Shown here: in pieces, positions 27,748 to 39,740 of the stretch | Layout: each line of letters begins with the position of its first letter | Numbering within the stretch: the first letter of the stretch is position 1 | Assembly (NCBI RefSeq): GCF_001194135.2 | Contig: NC_068995.1 | Coordinates: forward strand, 38,303,999-38,367,998 | Source of the DNA: Octopus bimaculoides | Taxonomy: Eukaryota | DNA: 64,000 bases | Reading direction: 5' to 3' | Notes under the pieces: generated by a model | What the model saw: the letters and a program-made list of their open reading frames with translations, nothing else | The model's database searches: none | Told to the model about the DNA's origin: nothing | Translations under genes and position numbers: made by a program

Positions 27748-28503
27748 ATATATATCTATATANNNNNNNNNNNNNNNNNNNNNNNNNNNNNNNNNNNNNN
27801 NNNNNNNNNNNNNNNNNNNNNNNNNNTATATATATATATATATATGTAAAAGTTAATTTTGCATACATATTTAGGGGTAAAAGTTTGATGTAACCATGAT
27901 GTCACGGTCAACTGATAAGCTACTTCTGTTCCTTTCCATTAATATATAATTGTATTGTATAAATGCTAAGACAACACATTAATACAAACGTACGGATAGG
28001 GTATTGTATACAGAAATTAACATAACGTATAGAAGTTTGCGAAACGTTCGCAATCGTATGCAAGCCCATGATTAATTAAGTCCATATTCACCTCTAGTAA
28101 TTTATGATACTATGTATATATACACACACACGAGCATACATACGTAGGTATGCATATACATACACATGTTCGTGCGCACATATGCAGGTATCTATACATA
28201 TCTACATATGCAGGTTGATGGTAATAAGATGCCAAATGAGTTCAGATTCTTATGAATGTAAAGGTGGATATTTTGCCTAAAATCCACCGTTAAGTACAAC
28301 GTTGTAGTGCTTACTTAATGAAAGATTGGCTATAGGATCAAACTTGTATATGTTTTGATGAGCACAGGCGTAAACGTTGTAGAAACTTAGCTGTTTCAGC
28401 CCTTCTCACTAGCAGAGCTGTCACATTAAGAAGCTTCACTGGATTGCTTCAAGAACCACTGCCAGTTTTACACTGTGGGGTGAGCATAGTTGGGAGCAGT
28501 ATT

Positions 28504-28571
<68 letters not shown>

Positions 28572-28679
28572 CGCGCGTGTATGTGTGTGTGTGTATGTGT
28601 GTGTGTTTCTTATATTTCTATAAGATAATGAGGAGCTGACGTTGAGAGACATCCAAGTCTAGAATTATTTGATTCGACA

Positions 28680-29070
28680 ATCAGAAGAGCTTACTCTCTG
28701 CATCCGAGTAACTATGAATGTTTGTTTTTGAGGATACTTCTACATGAAATAAAAATACCGCATTCCTCCTCCTTCCTAAGAACGCTTGATGGTCAAACTG
28801 TTCGTACATATAGAAAAACCTGTTTCGCCTTAAATTTGTTAGGAGATCACAATCGGTGGGATAGCATGATTGCTGAGGCTTCAGTGTCACGCATTCGTAT
28901 GTCTTGGAGAGATCTTACATCAATTCTTATGAATTACGAAGTAAGTAATCTGTTAGCGTTGTGGCTCAAATATAAGAATGATTTATCAGAAGACTACAAA
29001 TATCCAACACAATTAACTTGGCATTGATTCATATTGAAGATCGCGTTGTTGCAGCTCAAAACAATATATT
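28680..29070 (+). mobile_element. Helitron Rep-helicase coding fragment
   Basis: FLRILLHEIKIPHSSSFLRTLDG...LNLLGDHNRWD...LALWLKYKNDLSED resembles the conserved Helitron linker (YLRLLL..V.GP.SF..LRT.G...LGLLEDD..W...LW.KY...LSED). Confidence 0.75.
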
Positions 29071-29073
29071 ACA

Positions 29074-29174
29074 GCAACGTTCGTCCTAAACCAGGACTGC
29101 CATGTTATGTTAGCAAACAATCTTTACTACAAAGTACTGTTGCCGAATATCCCTCCTTGTGAGATTTAAAATTA
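29074..29174. repeat. 101-bp direct repeat, copy 1 (copy 2 at 33034-33134)
   Basis: Ungapped alignment with about 13 mismatches in 101 nt by manual count. Confidence 0.9.
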
Positions 29175-32100
29175 GCAATTTTCGAATTTATATATCAGTG
29201 ACTAGTTGTCACTTTGAAACAACATATTTCGAACAGGAATTTGGCAGCACCACCCCTACCCAAACAAATCCACAAGACGGACAAGGCTGGCATCGTGAAT
29301 AACATCCCGGTGTTCTATAGAGGGCTGGTAGATGTAAAAACGATGACGTCCTAGGAGTGGCTCAGGAGTTCGATGAGAACCAACTTGTCAACCTGTTCAA
29401 AAAACTTTCTGGCCGGGGTACAAAGACTACTTCCCAACATCTCTAACCTGGCAGTTGTACAGGAATGCATTACCTGTTCGCGATAAATCATCCAGGCACG
29501 GTTTGTCAGTGTCACCGATGTGTCCAAGATGCGGGCTGGACGATGAAACCGTTCAGCACGCTTTTGTACAATGTCGGGAGCTTTTGAGCTTGATAATTGA
29601 TGCTGAACACGTGTCGTCGCATCTGGGACGAGTACAGCTGTCGGCTGGATCTATAATAAAGGCGACACTGCCAACTGGACTCTCAAAGAAAGGTAAAGCT
29701 TGTTTTTACAGCACAGTTGCAGTACTGAAAGAGTGTATTTGGAGGATTAAAATGGAAGATTTTGTGACAGGGTCTTTCTTCTCTGTCCCCGCTTTGCTAT
29801 CTTACTTCAGATGCCATCTGAAGAGCAAGATTGGGTTGAAGAGGAAGGCTTGCCACCGAGTGGTTATAATTTGTAAATTTGTCATTTGTGACAAAGATTT
29901 TTAAAAGTATTTTTGTGATGGAATTCAACATTGCATCCCGAAAGGATTTCCCTGCCAATGAGGAAACACAGGGAAAAAAACATGTTTTTCGGCCGCAGTA
30001 GGCGGTAACGTGACTGTTTCAGCCTCCTGAAATGATACAAGCAATTAATGCTAGAATCTTGGTATATAAAATCTACAATCTGAAGGAAAAGCGAATTATG
30101 GAAGCCGAGAACGAAGTGGCGGAGAGGTGCATGGCAGCAATGTTGAATCAGGTATGCTACGCTAGCAGTGGAACGCGAAGGATGACTGTCGAAACGCAGT
30201 TCTAAACGGATAACGTAGCCAAGGACACTAAAGAACGAGGAGATAATGTTGCTACCTACGTACTTGGGACGCAGAACTGCAAACATTACGGCCGGAGAAA
30301 TCCCAGCAGGATATGAAGTCATGTGGGTTACAACGGCTGTGATTTACGATGTAAAGGAGAAGGTGTCAATCTTGGAGATGAAAAAAGAAGGACGCAATAA
30401 ACTGGAAAGGCCAGACACTAGAAATGGTAGTCCAAGCTGCGAATTAAACCCTAGAAAATTTACCCGATAGGGTATTGGTAGGGGAGGGGCTATCAATGCG
30501 AGTAGTCGCTGGGGAGGGGGCGTAGGTCCTGATACTTCAAATGTGAAAAAAAGGCTCACGTTTGCGCCAAGTGCACTCAAATGAAAAAAGAGAATAAGGC
30601 CCTTCCCCAAAAAGCTAGAAAGGAGGTGAAAGCGAAAATATATAAAATGGAAAACGCTTCAGAGAAGAAGGAAAAGAAAGTAGCTGAGGAGAAGTCACAA
30701 CTAAAGAAATGGATTTTACCACAGTTCCTCATAAACGAAAACTGACACATGTCTCTGACTCCCCTTCCCAATCCAAAAAAAATCAATAAACCATGCAACA
30801 GACACACACAATGAAACTCCCCAACCCCACGGTAAAATCGTTTATCATCCCACCCTCCCAAAATAACACGCGAAAAAACAGTGGCCTTTAGAGAGAAAAA
30901 TGACGTATTGTCTAAAATAATTAGAGCACACCATAAGGAACGCATGTGCAACATATTGAAAGACAAACCGACAAGCATTAGATTTGCAATAATGGACGAA
31001 AACCTACTGAGAGACCAGAAAGTGCGTTACCTGGACGATATACGAGATGTTAGCACTGAAGTGGTGGAGAGAAAATTAATTGTAAGCTCGGCAGCCACAC
31101 CAATGAAAAGCCCAACAGCTACACCAGAAAAAGAAAAGGATGGGGAGGCGGGCGAATTTGTGCAGCCCCTCCCCAAACTTAAATTGTCAGTAATTCCTTT
31201 CTTTAAAATTTCATCATGTCAATTAAGCTAGGGTGCATAAATATGCGTGGGTTGGGGTCGAAATGGAAATAAGCTTGTTTCCTGAACGACCTCAGGTCAC
31301 GAGATGTGGCCATTATAACTGAGTGGACCACAAGATGAGTGGACCACAAGCGTTCTCGTCTCTTCTGAATGAATGGCTATGAGAAATTTATTTCTCCTAG
31401 CCGACTAGGAGGAGGAGAGCGTGGTGGTCCTACTTAGGATGACCTTGGACTTACAGGTAAGTACTGTCTTTCTGAAACCAGAATGTAGGCTGTTCGTCCT
31501 AGATTTAACTTACAAGAGCAAATAAACAGTCCTTCAGGTTGGTAGCTGTCTATGCTCTTAAGGATTGTAGGCAGTCTGGTTTTTATCCAGACCTAGAGCA
31601 CTTTCTAACGACATCGAAAATGGCAGTCCTGTTAGGAAACTTTAACACTATCCTCGATGCACGGGTGTCTGGAGTGATAGGAAGAGAAATCCTGGCCTCA
31701 AGGGTCTACTAGACAGCTATAATCTAGTAGACCGTTACAGACTGGATGAGCCAAGCCTTCCACAGTGGACGTGGAGTAATAACGACGGCTCACGCAGATC
31801 TTACATAGATACGGCATTCGTTGGAGATAGAAATAACGATACTTTTAGCTGTCCACAATTTTGCATTGTACCTTACACGGATCACAAATTTGTTACGTGT
31901 GAGATGCTTATAGATAAATGTCATAGACAGGGACCCGGGCACTGGAAGATGAACAAGTCTGTTTTGACTTGTGAAGCTTTCTGTACCCGGATTAAGGAAT
32001 TAGTACAGAAGGTACTATGTGGCGCCATCATTAATAATAGATGGTGGCACGCTCTTAAGAGAGCCATTCGTTTAGAATGCATTAGATTTAGCAAGCAGCT

Positions 32101-33033
32101 AAATTTAGAAGGAACCGGAAAAAGATAGACGAAAGAAATGAGGAAGATGGAAGGCAAGATACGAGAAGAAAACAAAGGAAGAGTAAAAAGGAAAGCTTAA
32201 GCCCGTACCAACCCCACCCATATCAAACCCACCCTTCGCCTGCAGACACCAAACACACCCATTCCCCTCCGACACAAAAAAGAAGAAAAGAACAACAGTC
32301 ATACAAAAAAACCGCGAAACGACCTTCCCACTTGTTTAGCTTGCGCTTTATTGAAAAGTTAAGAAAAAAAAGGATGTGGTGGATAAGTTAGTACGATGGA
32401 AAGATGTAAAACTGACAGAGATGAAGGGAAAGAAACAAGAAAAATGGTTTTAAGTGCATTGGTGCCAGAACACAGAATGAAAATAATAGGAGACTGTAAA
32501 GAAAACGCGGAATACAGCCAAATGGTAGTCGACATAAATGAAGTACCGGACGGAATATTCTATGATAAGTTACTGGAGATATACGGTATTAACTTTAAAT
32601 GGATGTGAGTTCGTTTCAGAAAAAGAACGATACAAAAAGGAAAAAAAGAAAGAAAAAGACTGTAAGAACTTTTGATTTAATTGTATAAAAAGGTTCCCGT
32701 TGAAATGGGTGGTTGAAATGAAAAGGGAGGTCAGGGTTTCGTCTCGGAACTGGGCTGAGATGGTGTCTCATATAATTGTATTATATTCATTTATTCATTT
32801 TTACTTGTTTTTCCCCGCATGTCTGTGTATGTCCCCTTTGTGTTTAGGCCTTGTGTCTGTAATAAAGAATATACCTCTAGCCGAACAATTATTCTGTGCT
32901 GATGAAGGGAAATAACCTGGAAATCGTGATACACAGATATTATTTTGAACTGATTTGGGTTCGAGATTCCCTTGTTCGAAAATATAGAGACACGGATCGT
33001 GTACCTCTGAATGTCTCCTGGGGCTAAATTAAG
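29175..33033 (+). mobile_element. Degenerate, rearranged Tx1/L1-clade non-LTR retrotransposon
   Basis: zf-RVT (LPVRDK..CPRCG..ETVQHAFVQC, 29455-29900); ORF1-like segment (about 30000-31200); APE endonuclease (CINMRGL, GNFN, IDTAF, TDHK, GPGHWKMN, 31230-32130); ORF2 C-terminus and 3' UTR with AATAAA (about 32700-32870). Confidence 0.8.
32893..32937 (+). ncRNA. Minimal type I hammerhead-ribozyme-like motif (probably degenerate)
   Basis: TCTGTG-CTGATGA-A-GGGAAATAACCTG-GAAA-TCGTGAT-A-CACAGA: 6-bp stem I, intact core, short near-palindromic stem III and an AUA triplet. The stem II closing pair is G/G. Confidence 0.5.
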
Positions 33034-33134
33034 GCAACATTCGTCCTAAAACAGAACTGCTATGTTGTCTAGGCAAACAATCTTTACTACAAAGTACTGT
33101 TGCTGAATATCTCTCGTTGTGAGGTTTAAAATCA
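33034..33134. repeat. 101-bp direct repeat, copy 2
   Basis: Matches 29074-29174. Confidence 0.9.
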
Positions 33135-34529
33135 GTTGGCTATATGACAGTTAACAAATATGTCTTATACAGCTTCAATACAATTTAAGTGAATAATTTT
33201 CAATATTTATAGTACAATTTTTGCACCTGCNNNNNNNNNNNNNNNNNNNNNNNNNNNNNNNNNNNNNNNNNNNNNNNNNNNNNNNNNNNNNNNNNNNNNN
33301 NNNNNNNNNNNNNNNNNNNNNNNNNNNNNNNNNNNNNNNNNNNNNNNNNNNNNNNNNNNNNNNNNNNNNNNNNNNNNNNNNNNNNNNNNNNNNNNNNNNN
33401 NNNNNNNNNNNNNNNNNNNNNNNNNNNNNNNNNNNNNNNNNNNNNNNNNNNNNNNNNNNNNNNNNNNNNNNNNNNNNNNNNNNNNNNNNNNNNNNNNNNN
33501 NNNNNNNNNNNNNNNNNNNNNNNNNNNNNNNNNNNNNNNNNNNNNNNNNNNNNNNNNNNNNNNNNNNNNNNNNNNNNNNNNNNNNNNNNNNNNNNNNNNN
33601 NNNNNNNNNNNNNNNNNNNNNNNNNNNNNNNNNNNNNNNNNNNNNNNNNNNNNNNNNNGTTAAATACGCAAACAGAGATGAAAAATGGAAAACAGTACAA
33701 GTGAACACAGCAAATGACCATTCATACTGTTGTCGGCTTTACTATCTACTCCTATTTTCGAGCATTCAAAAACGATATGTGTCTTCAAAAGCAGTTGCTC
33801 CCATAAGTTCCAAAATAAGATTTAGGATTTCTGGGGGAGGGGGGAGGGTCAAAGTGTAGAACAAAATAGTGGAGACATACAAGGAAATCTAGAGAAAACA
33901 AACATGCAGGTTCGTTAGATCAGAACAAAAGGAAACTGATGAATGCTGCGAGAAATGATAGAAGAAAGAAAGAGAAGTCCTGTCCTTTGAAGGTCCGTGC
34001 TGGAAAAGAAAGATTGTCACGTGAAGAAAACAAAGACGGACGATGGTCATGGGAGAGCATCGAGAGACAGAAAGAGAGAAAGAGGGGAGAGAGAGACACG
34101 TAGAAAACAGTGAAAGGGAAGAAAGGGGGAATTGAGAAGAATTGCGGAAGAAAACAATACAGAGTAGAGTCGCATCATAACGGTTATATGTATGAACGAA
34201 TTTGACAAACTGAGTACATATAAGGACCTTGGCAGAGGGATGTCAGACATATCTACAAAACATCCCAAGAGAACCATATCTCCGAGAAATTCAGAAGATT
34301 TTTCTGAGGATAAATACCAACATACTTTGAAAAAATTGATATCAATTTAGATATATGTGCTGTATTTCATGGAGAGATGTCACTACATCCCCTGTCACTT
34401 GCCCTCCTCAAGCTTTCAGTCATACTGTAAAATCTCCTTTCCTTCACTTGCCGTATTGCGCTGGATGAGCCTGGGTAAGTGATTGTAAGTAACGTGCAAA
34501 TTAAAAGTAAACAACAGCAATTAACAATA

Positions 34530-34844
34530 ATGACAGCGAAACGGGCTGATTACTACCTAGCTCAGATACCAGGAAACCCCAAAATGGCTGAAGTTCAAAA
34601 GATAGTGCTCATGGGAACTGCCCATATCCTACGTAAAATACTGTCTATGTGATCTCAAATTTTAAAGCAAACGCATAATTTTCTTATGGTTTCTTAAACA
34701 TTCACTAGAACAAAACTGTACAAATCCAAATATATGGTACCCTAGGCATAACACCTACATGAACTTCTAACTTGTTGTCTCTTGAGGTCTCTGGGTGAGA
34801 CTTGGATCCAACTTGTACAAATGCAAAACAAAAGTCAAACATAA

Positions 34845-34908
<64 letters not shown>

Positions 34909-34909
34909 T
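34530..34909 (+). mobile_element. R4/Dong-like 3' end with (TAA)n tail
   Basis: Reverse-complement match to 17299-17600 (ACAGCGAAACGGGCTGATTACTACC...AAACATAAAATAATAA). (TAA)n at 34846-34909. Confidence 0.85.
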
Positions 34910-35339
34910 ATTTAGTAAGTGACGACGCACAAAATTCTCGTTACAATAGACACTCTGTTAATTCTGCTAAATATATATATATATGTGTGTGTGTGTTATA
35001 AATTAGAGCAAACACTAAGCGGTTTTCATTACAGTACTCAGGGTTTTGAATGACGGAGCGAAGAGCTACGATGCACTCTCGTCGGCTATTAATGACAACA
35101 GACGCTAAGAAAAACCGTGAAATATAAGGGAAGTAACTCTAAGGAATGGAGAAAGAAAAAAGATTTAAAAGTTCGATGGAAATATATAAAATTATACGCA
35201 CAACCATATTCTCACAAAAAATAACAGACACACAGCACCCGCGTTCAAAATGTCTACATATGCACACGCATACACAAACAAGTATGCGTATATGCACACA
35301 CACAAACATATAAGTATACACACATAGCCGCTGGCTATG

Positions 35340-35900
35340 TCCCAGTTGATTGTCCCTGTTTTGCTCTTATTTAATTTCTAACCGACTTCTTTTACCTCTC
35401 ATATCATGAAATCATTTGAGAATGTAGCGGGTTCCTGAGTAACTCAATGTAAATTACCCTCTTATTCCTACCAGCATGTGCTGGTTGTCATATAGTGCTG
35501 TTTCAAAGGCATTATCTGAGTCACACAAATCCTGCATCTCTTTGATTACATTCTAGAGGTTATGGCAGAAGTTTCCAATATAAATTACTTGTATAGTAAT
35601 TTTAGTAAGGCTTTGACAAGTTTGATCACAGAATCCTGTAAGAGAACCTGTCAGACATCAGGGTCTGGGGAACCTATGAATGTGAATTGAGTTCTTTTTT
35701 TACTTCTGAACCGATCCTAGCATGTGTTGGTCGATGTCTATCAATCAATCTCATCAAGAGTCATTAGCGGTGTCCCACAAAAGGCTGTTTTGTATCAACA
35801 CCTCGTATTTTTTTTAATTAATGACATCAGTGACATCATTAAACACTGATATATAAAAAATCCCCTGACGATTCCAAAACACTACGCTTACATTAGCGCT
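35340..35900 (+). mobile_element. Degenerate CR1/Jockey-group LINE RT fragment
   Basis: Remnants of xDFxKAFD (SNFSKAL), SGVPQ and INDI motifs in the expected order. Confidence 0.6.
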
Positions 35901-37175
35901 TACATGACCATCGAGTGTAAGTGACATGCATTCAAACACCACCAGGAGCCTTGGAGTGGCTTTTGGTGACAACTTTAGCTAGAGGACACACAAAATGAGC
36001 AAATATATAGGCCATAGTTCACCCTTCCGGAATTTTCAGGACTTTCCAATATAGAGCTGCTCTTGCAAGTATCCTTCTTTACCGGCTCTCATCGTCAATA
36101 CTGTCGACGGCTATGTTCATCCTTAATGAAATAAAATATAACAGGTTTTCATTACTAGGATCGGCTGGTGCGGCTCATGCTATATTCCCATCAATGACGC
36201 GAGAGCGTTATATCATTTGTATGATATGGAAATATTCCTTCAACAATATTAGATTCAAATTTATAATTCATTTCAGGATTGGCATGGTGTCATCTGTTCT
36301 CTACAAAATATGTTCTCGCGTCATATCACGACACTAAGAACTAATTACTTTAACTGGTCCTATTGTAATTAACAGCGTAGTATGCCACATTAAGCAAGAA
36401 AAGGATCTCATAGGATTCAAACGGTTACTAAATGAATTCTGTTAACTAATTCCGGCGGGATATATCACTGAAAACAATCAATTTTTACTCCAATGCTCTA
36501 TGGCATTTTGAGTAAGACTGTAAAATGAAACTTGATAAAATGTCTTCCCCGGCTCGTACCATTGCGTTAATCATGGAGTCGGCCAATTCTAGCTGAAACC
36601 TATCTAACTATTTAAACTTATACTGAATTTCCCGATTTATACAATCAAGTGTTGCATATTTTACTCATTATTCTAAACCCCAAATTACGGTCAGCCGGAA
36701 GATTAAGTCAAGACAATTGAAGCTTCACTTTCACACCGAACAAGAAACCTTGAGATTGTGAAATATCTTTTTAGCGGCAAACTCCTTTCTGTCGCTATCG
36801 ATCTATTCCAATTGTATACTGTTGATTTACAACAATTAACTGTAGTCTTTGTTTCGAAGCCTGTGCATTGTATATTCCAGTGTGTTTACCCGAGTCAATC
36901 TTATGGGAAATCTAACACTTAATTTCATTATTTACCAATTTAATTATATATATATATATNNNNNNNNNNNNNNNNNNNNNNNNNNNNNNNNNNNNNNNNN
37001 NNNNNNNNNNNNNNNNNNNNNNNNNNNNNNNNNNNNNNNNNNNNNNNNNNNNNNNNNNNNNNNNNNNNNNNNNNNNNNNNNNNNNNNNNNNNNNNNNNNN
37101 NNNNNNNNNNNNNNNNNNNNNNNNNNNNNNNNNNNNNNNNNNNNNNNNNNNNNNNNNNNNNNNNNNNNNNNNNNN

Positions 37176-37222
<47 letters not shown>

Positions 37223-37646
37223 CAATTAAATATACGCTGACATATACATATTTTGTATTAATTAATATCGAGAAATTAGAAAATATCTTATATAACGTGG
37301 CTCTAAGCAGTAGTTTCCATTATATATCTTTGCACATAGAGAGACACACACAATGAGAACGAGAGAGAAGATAGAAACGTGGAAAGATGATGAATGACTT
37401 ACAAAGAGTTAGTGTTTTAAATTCGGTTGTATTAGAGACTATAATTTAAAAGATAAACACTTAGAAAATATCACTTCTTCCTATCACATTACGTCTTAGG
37501 CCTGATGACTAAATGATACTCAAAAACTTTAATGGTATCAAATGCTAACAAGTTAAATAATGTGATTGCATTTCATACTCACATCATAAAGAAATCACGA
37601 GGTATTTTGATTTATTTCTATCCAAAACCTTTCATACAACTGTATC

Positions 37647-37681
<35 letters not shown>

Positions 37682-37820
37682 GAGCACTATTATTTCAAAT
37701 TCTTAATCGAATATTATTGACATCCATAATTTGAGGAAATATTTCAAAATCACGATATCTATTCAAAGGTCAAGCATTCATAAAAAGAATATAGGATAAA
37801 TAATCCATAAATTAATCACA

Positions 37821-38969
37821 ATGCAATTGCTAATTGTCTTAGTTTTTGTGTTAATTGGAAGCGATGCCTCGGAAAAGAATGCCTTAAAATACAGATTATT
37901 AAGAAATTATGATAAAACAAACAGACCTGTTCATAACGATAATGATATTGTATTGGTAAATGTAACACTTGTCATATTGGACATTATTGAATTTGACATA
38001 TTGAATGGTGTACTGACAAGTGATCTGACTTTGGGACTACAATGGAACGATATTAATCTTACGTGGGACGAATCGGTAAACAATATAAGTTACATAAGTC
38101 TTGCACTACAATATATATGGCACCCTACCATACAAATGTGTAACGGCGTAATGGATAGATTCAAACTTGACGAGGACACAGAAATCTTTTTGACTAATGA
38201 AGGAACCGTTTTCTTGTATATAGACAATGTTTTCCAAACTTATTGTCGGATTAATGTAAATAAATATCCATTTGATGAACACGAATGTGATTTATTAGTT
38301 TGTTTGAATCATCAAGTATTTTGGGTAGCATCTATCAGTGAATTTGATCATTTTTCGATGTTAGAATCCACATCCAGTAACTGGGATTTTAGGTTTGAAA
38401 TGAGAGAACGTAAAAGAAAGCCCAGCAAAGCAGCTGGCGTTGTAGTTCACAGCAAAAGAAAAGTTACTAGCGCCACAATAACAAAAATAATACCCCCAGT
38501 AATGTTAACATTCTTGATACTCTCTGTTCATTTTTTGCCACCTGAATCTGGAGAAAAGGTTTCTGTTGCAATTACCGTGTTCCTTGCAAATATTGTATTC
38601 CTTTCTGAAACTGAAAAATTATTGGGCAATAAGTCTCGTGAAGCATCTATATATCTAATATATCTCCTGATTCTGACATTTGTAAGCGGAGTGTCTACTA
38701 TCGTCTCAGTTGTTATATCTAAACTGTATGCACAACCGAGAGGTACCAACATAAAATCATCGCCAGAAACAACACAAAACTCAGGCTTTTCGAAGAATAA
38801 AGTTGGGATTTTAGAATCTTCAAGTGAGCTAACCGTAAAAACAAAATTCAATAATTATTTTAAGAAACATTTTCTAACCCACCAGAATCTTGATAAAATA
38901 TTTTTCTTACTAATTATTATATTCTTACTACTCTATATTATAATTGCTTTAGCCTCTTCTGAGAAATAA
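37821..38969 (+). CDS. Chemotactile-receptor-like Cys-loop ion channel subunit (CR-B), single coding exon, 382 aa
   Basis: Signal peptide MQLLIVLVFVLIGSDAS; LLRNYDKTNRPV N-terminal helix; WHPTIQMCN; Cys-loop CRINVNKYPFDEHEC; LPPESGEKVS M1-M2 linker; four hydrophobic segments; no ACh-binding aromatics or Cys-Cys. Confidence 0.95.
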   Translation: MQLLIVLVFVLIGSDASEKNALKYRLLRNYDKTNRPVHNDNDIVLVNVTLVILDIIEFDILNGVLTSDLTLGLQWNDINLTWDESVNNISYISLALQYIWHPTIQMCNGVMDRFKLDEDTEIFLTNEGTVFLYIDNVFQTYCRINVNKYPFDEHECDLLVCLNHQVFWVASISEFDHFSMLESTSSNWDFRFEMRERKRKPSKAAGVVVHSKRKVTSATITKIIPPVMLTFLILSVHFLPPESGEKVSVAITVFLANIVFLSETEKLLGNKSREASIYLIYLLILTFVSGVSTIVSVVISKLYAQPRGTNIKSSPETTQNSGFSKNKVGILESSSELTVKTKFNNYFKKHFLTHQNLDKIFFLLIIIFLLLYIIIALASSEK

Positions 38970-39554
38970 CAAGCAAAAGACATTTTTTGCACATTTCTCA
39001 TTAATTTCAGACAATAAGTAATGTTTTGAAAGAATACCTAGCGTAAAAATTATCCAGGGAAAAGCGTAAGTCATTTACGATTATACTGAAGGACAAGTAA
39101 AGCAGATTCTCACCAAAGTGGAGTAATTATGAACATCGTGTATCAAATCACTGACGGTTTCGATGACATCATGTCCATCTAAAATGATCCGACATTGTAA
39201 ATTACATTTTTCTTCACGGTTAGCAATTTTAATAACACGTGTGTTTCTGCATTTAGATATCTTTTGATAATATACACAATGTACATCATTAACAATAACA
39301 TTTGCGTTTGGTTCCGTACTAACACAACTACTAATTTTCCAGAAATAACGAAATCTTTTTACCTAGTGTGAAAAAAGGTGTGCATACTGAAGCACATTTC
39401 TACTGTTTTGCATACACATGAGCACACACACACACAGGGGCATATATATATATATGGGTATATGTATATATGTACATTTATGAGTATATGTATATATATA
39501 TATATATATATATNNNNNNNNNNTATATATGTGTGTGTACATAGAAATCTTAAG

Positions 39555-39740
39555 GGCTGAAATTCTGGAGGAGGATAGTCGATTACATTGCTTTCAGCAT
39601 TCAACTAGCACTTATTTCATTGACCGCGAAGGACTGAAAAGCAAAGTTGGCTTCGGACAAATTTCAATCGAAAGGATAAAGACGGGTGAAATGACACTAG
39701 GCATTTAATGCGGGGTGCAAACGATTCTAAAAGCCTGTCG
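39555..39740 (-). mobile_element. SINE, second family, 3' of CR-B
   Basis: Degenerate reverse complement of the 16001-16185 element. Confidence 0.65.

Noticed and set aside
38528-38851. Antisense ORFs overlapping CR genes (also 14366-14638, 44108-44380, 58146-58560)
   Set aside because: Shadow ORFs of real coding strands with no recognisable motifs.
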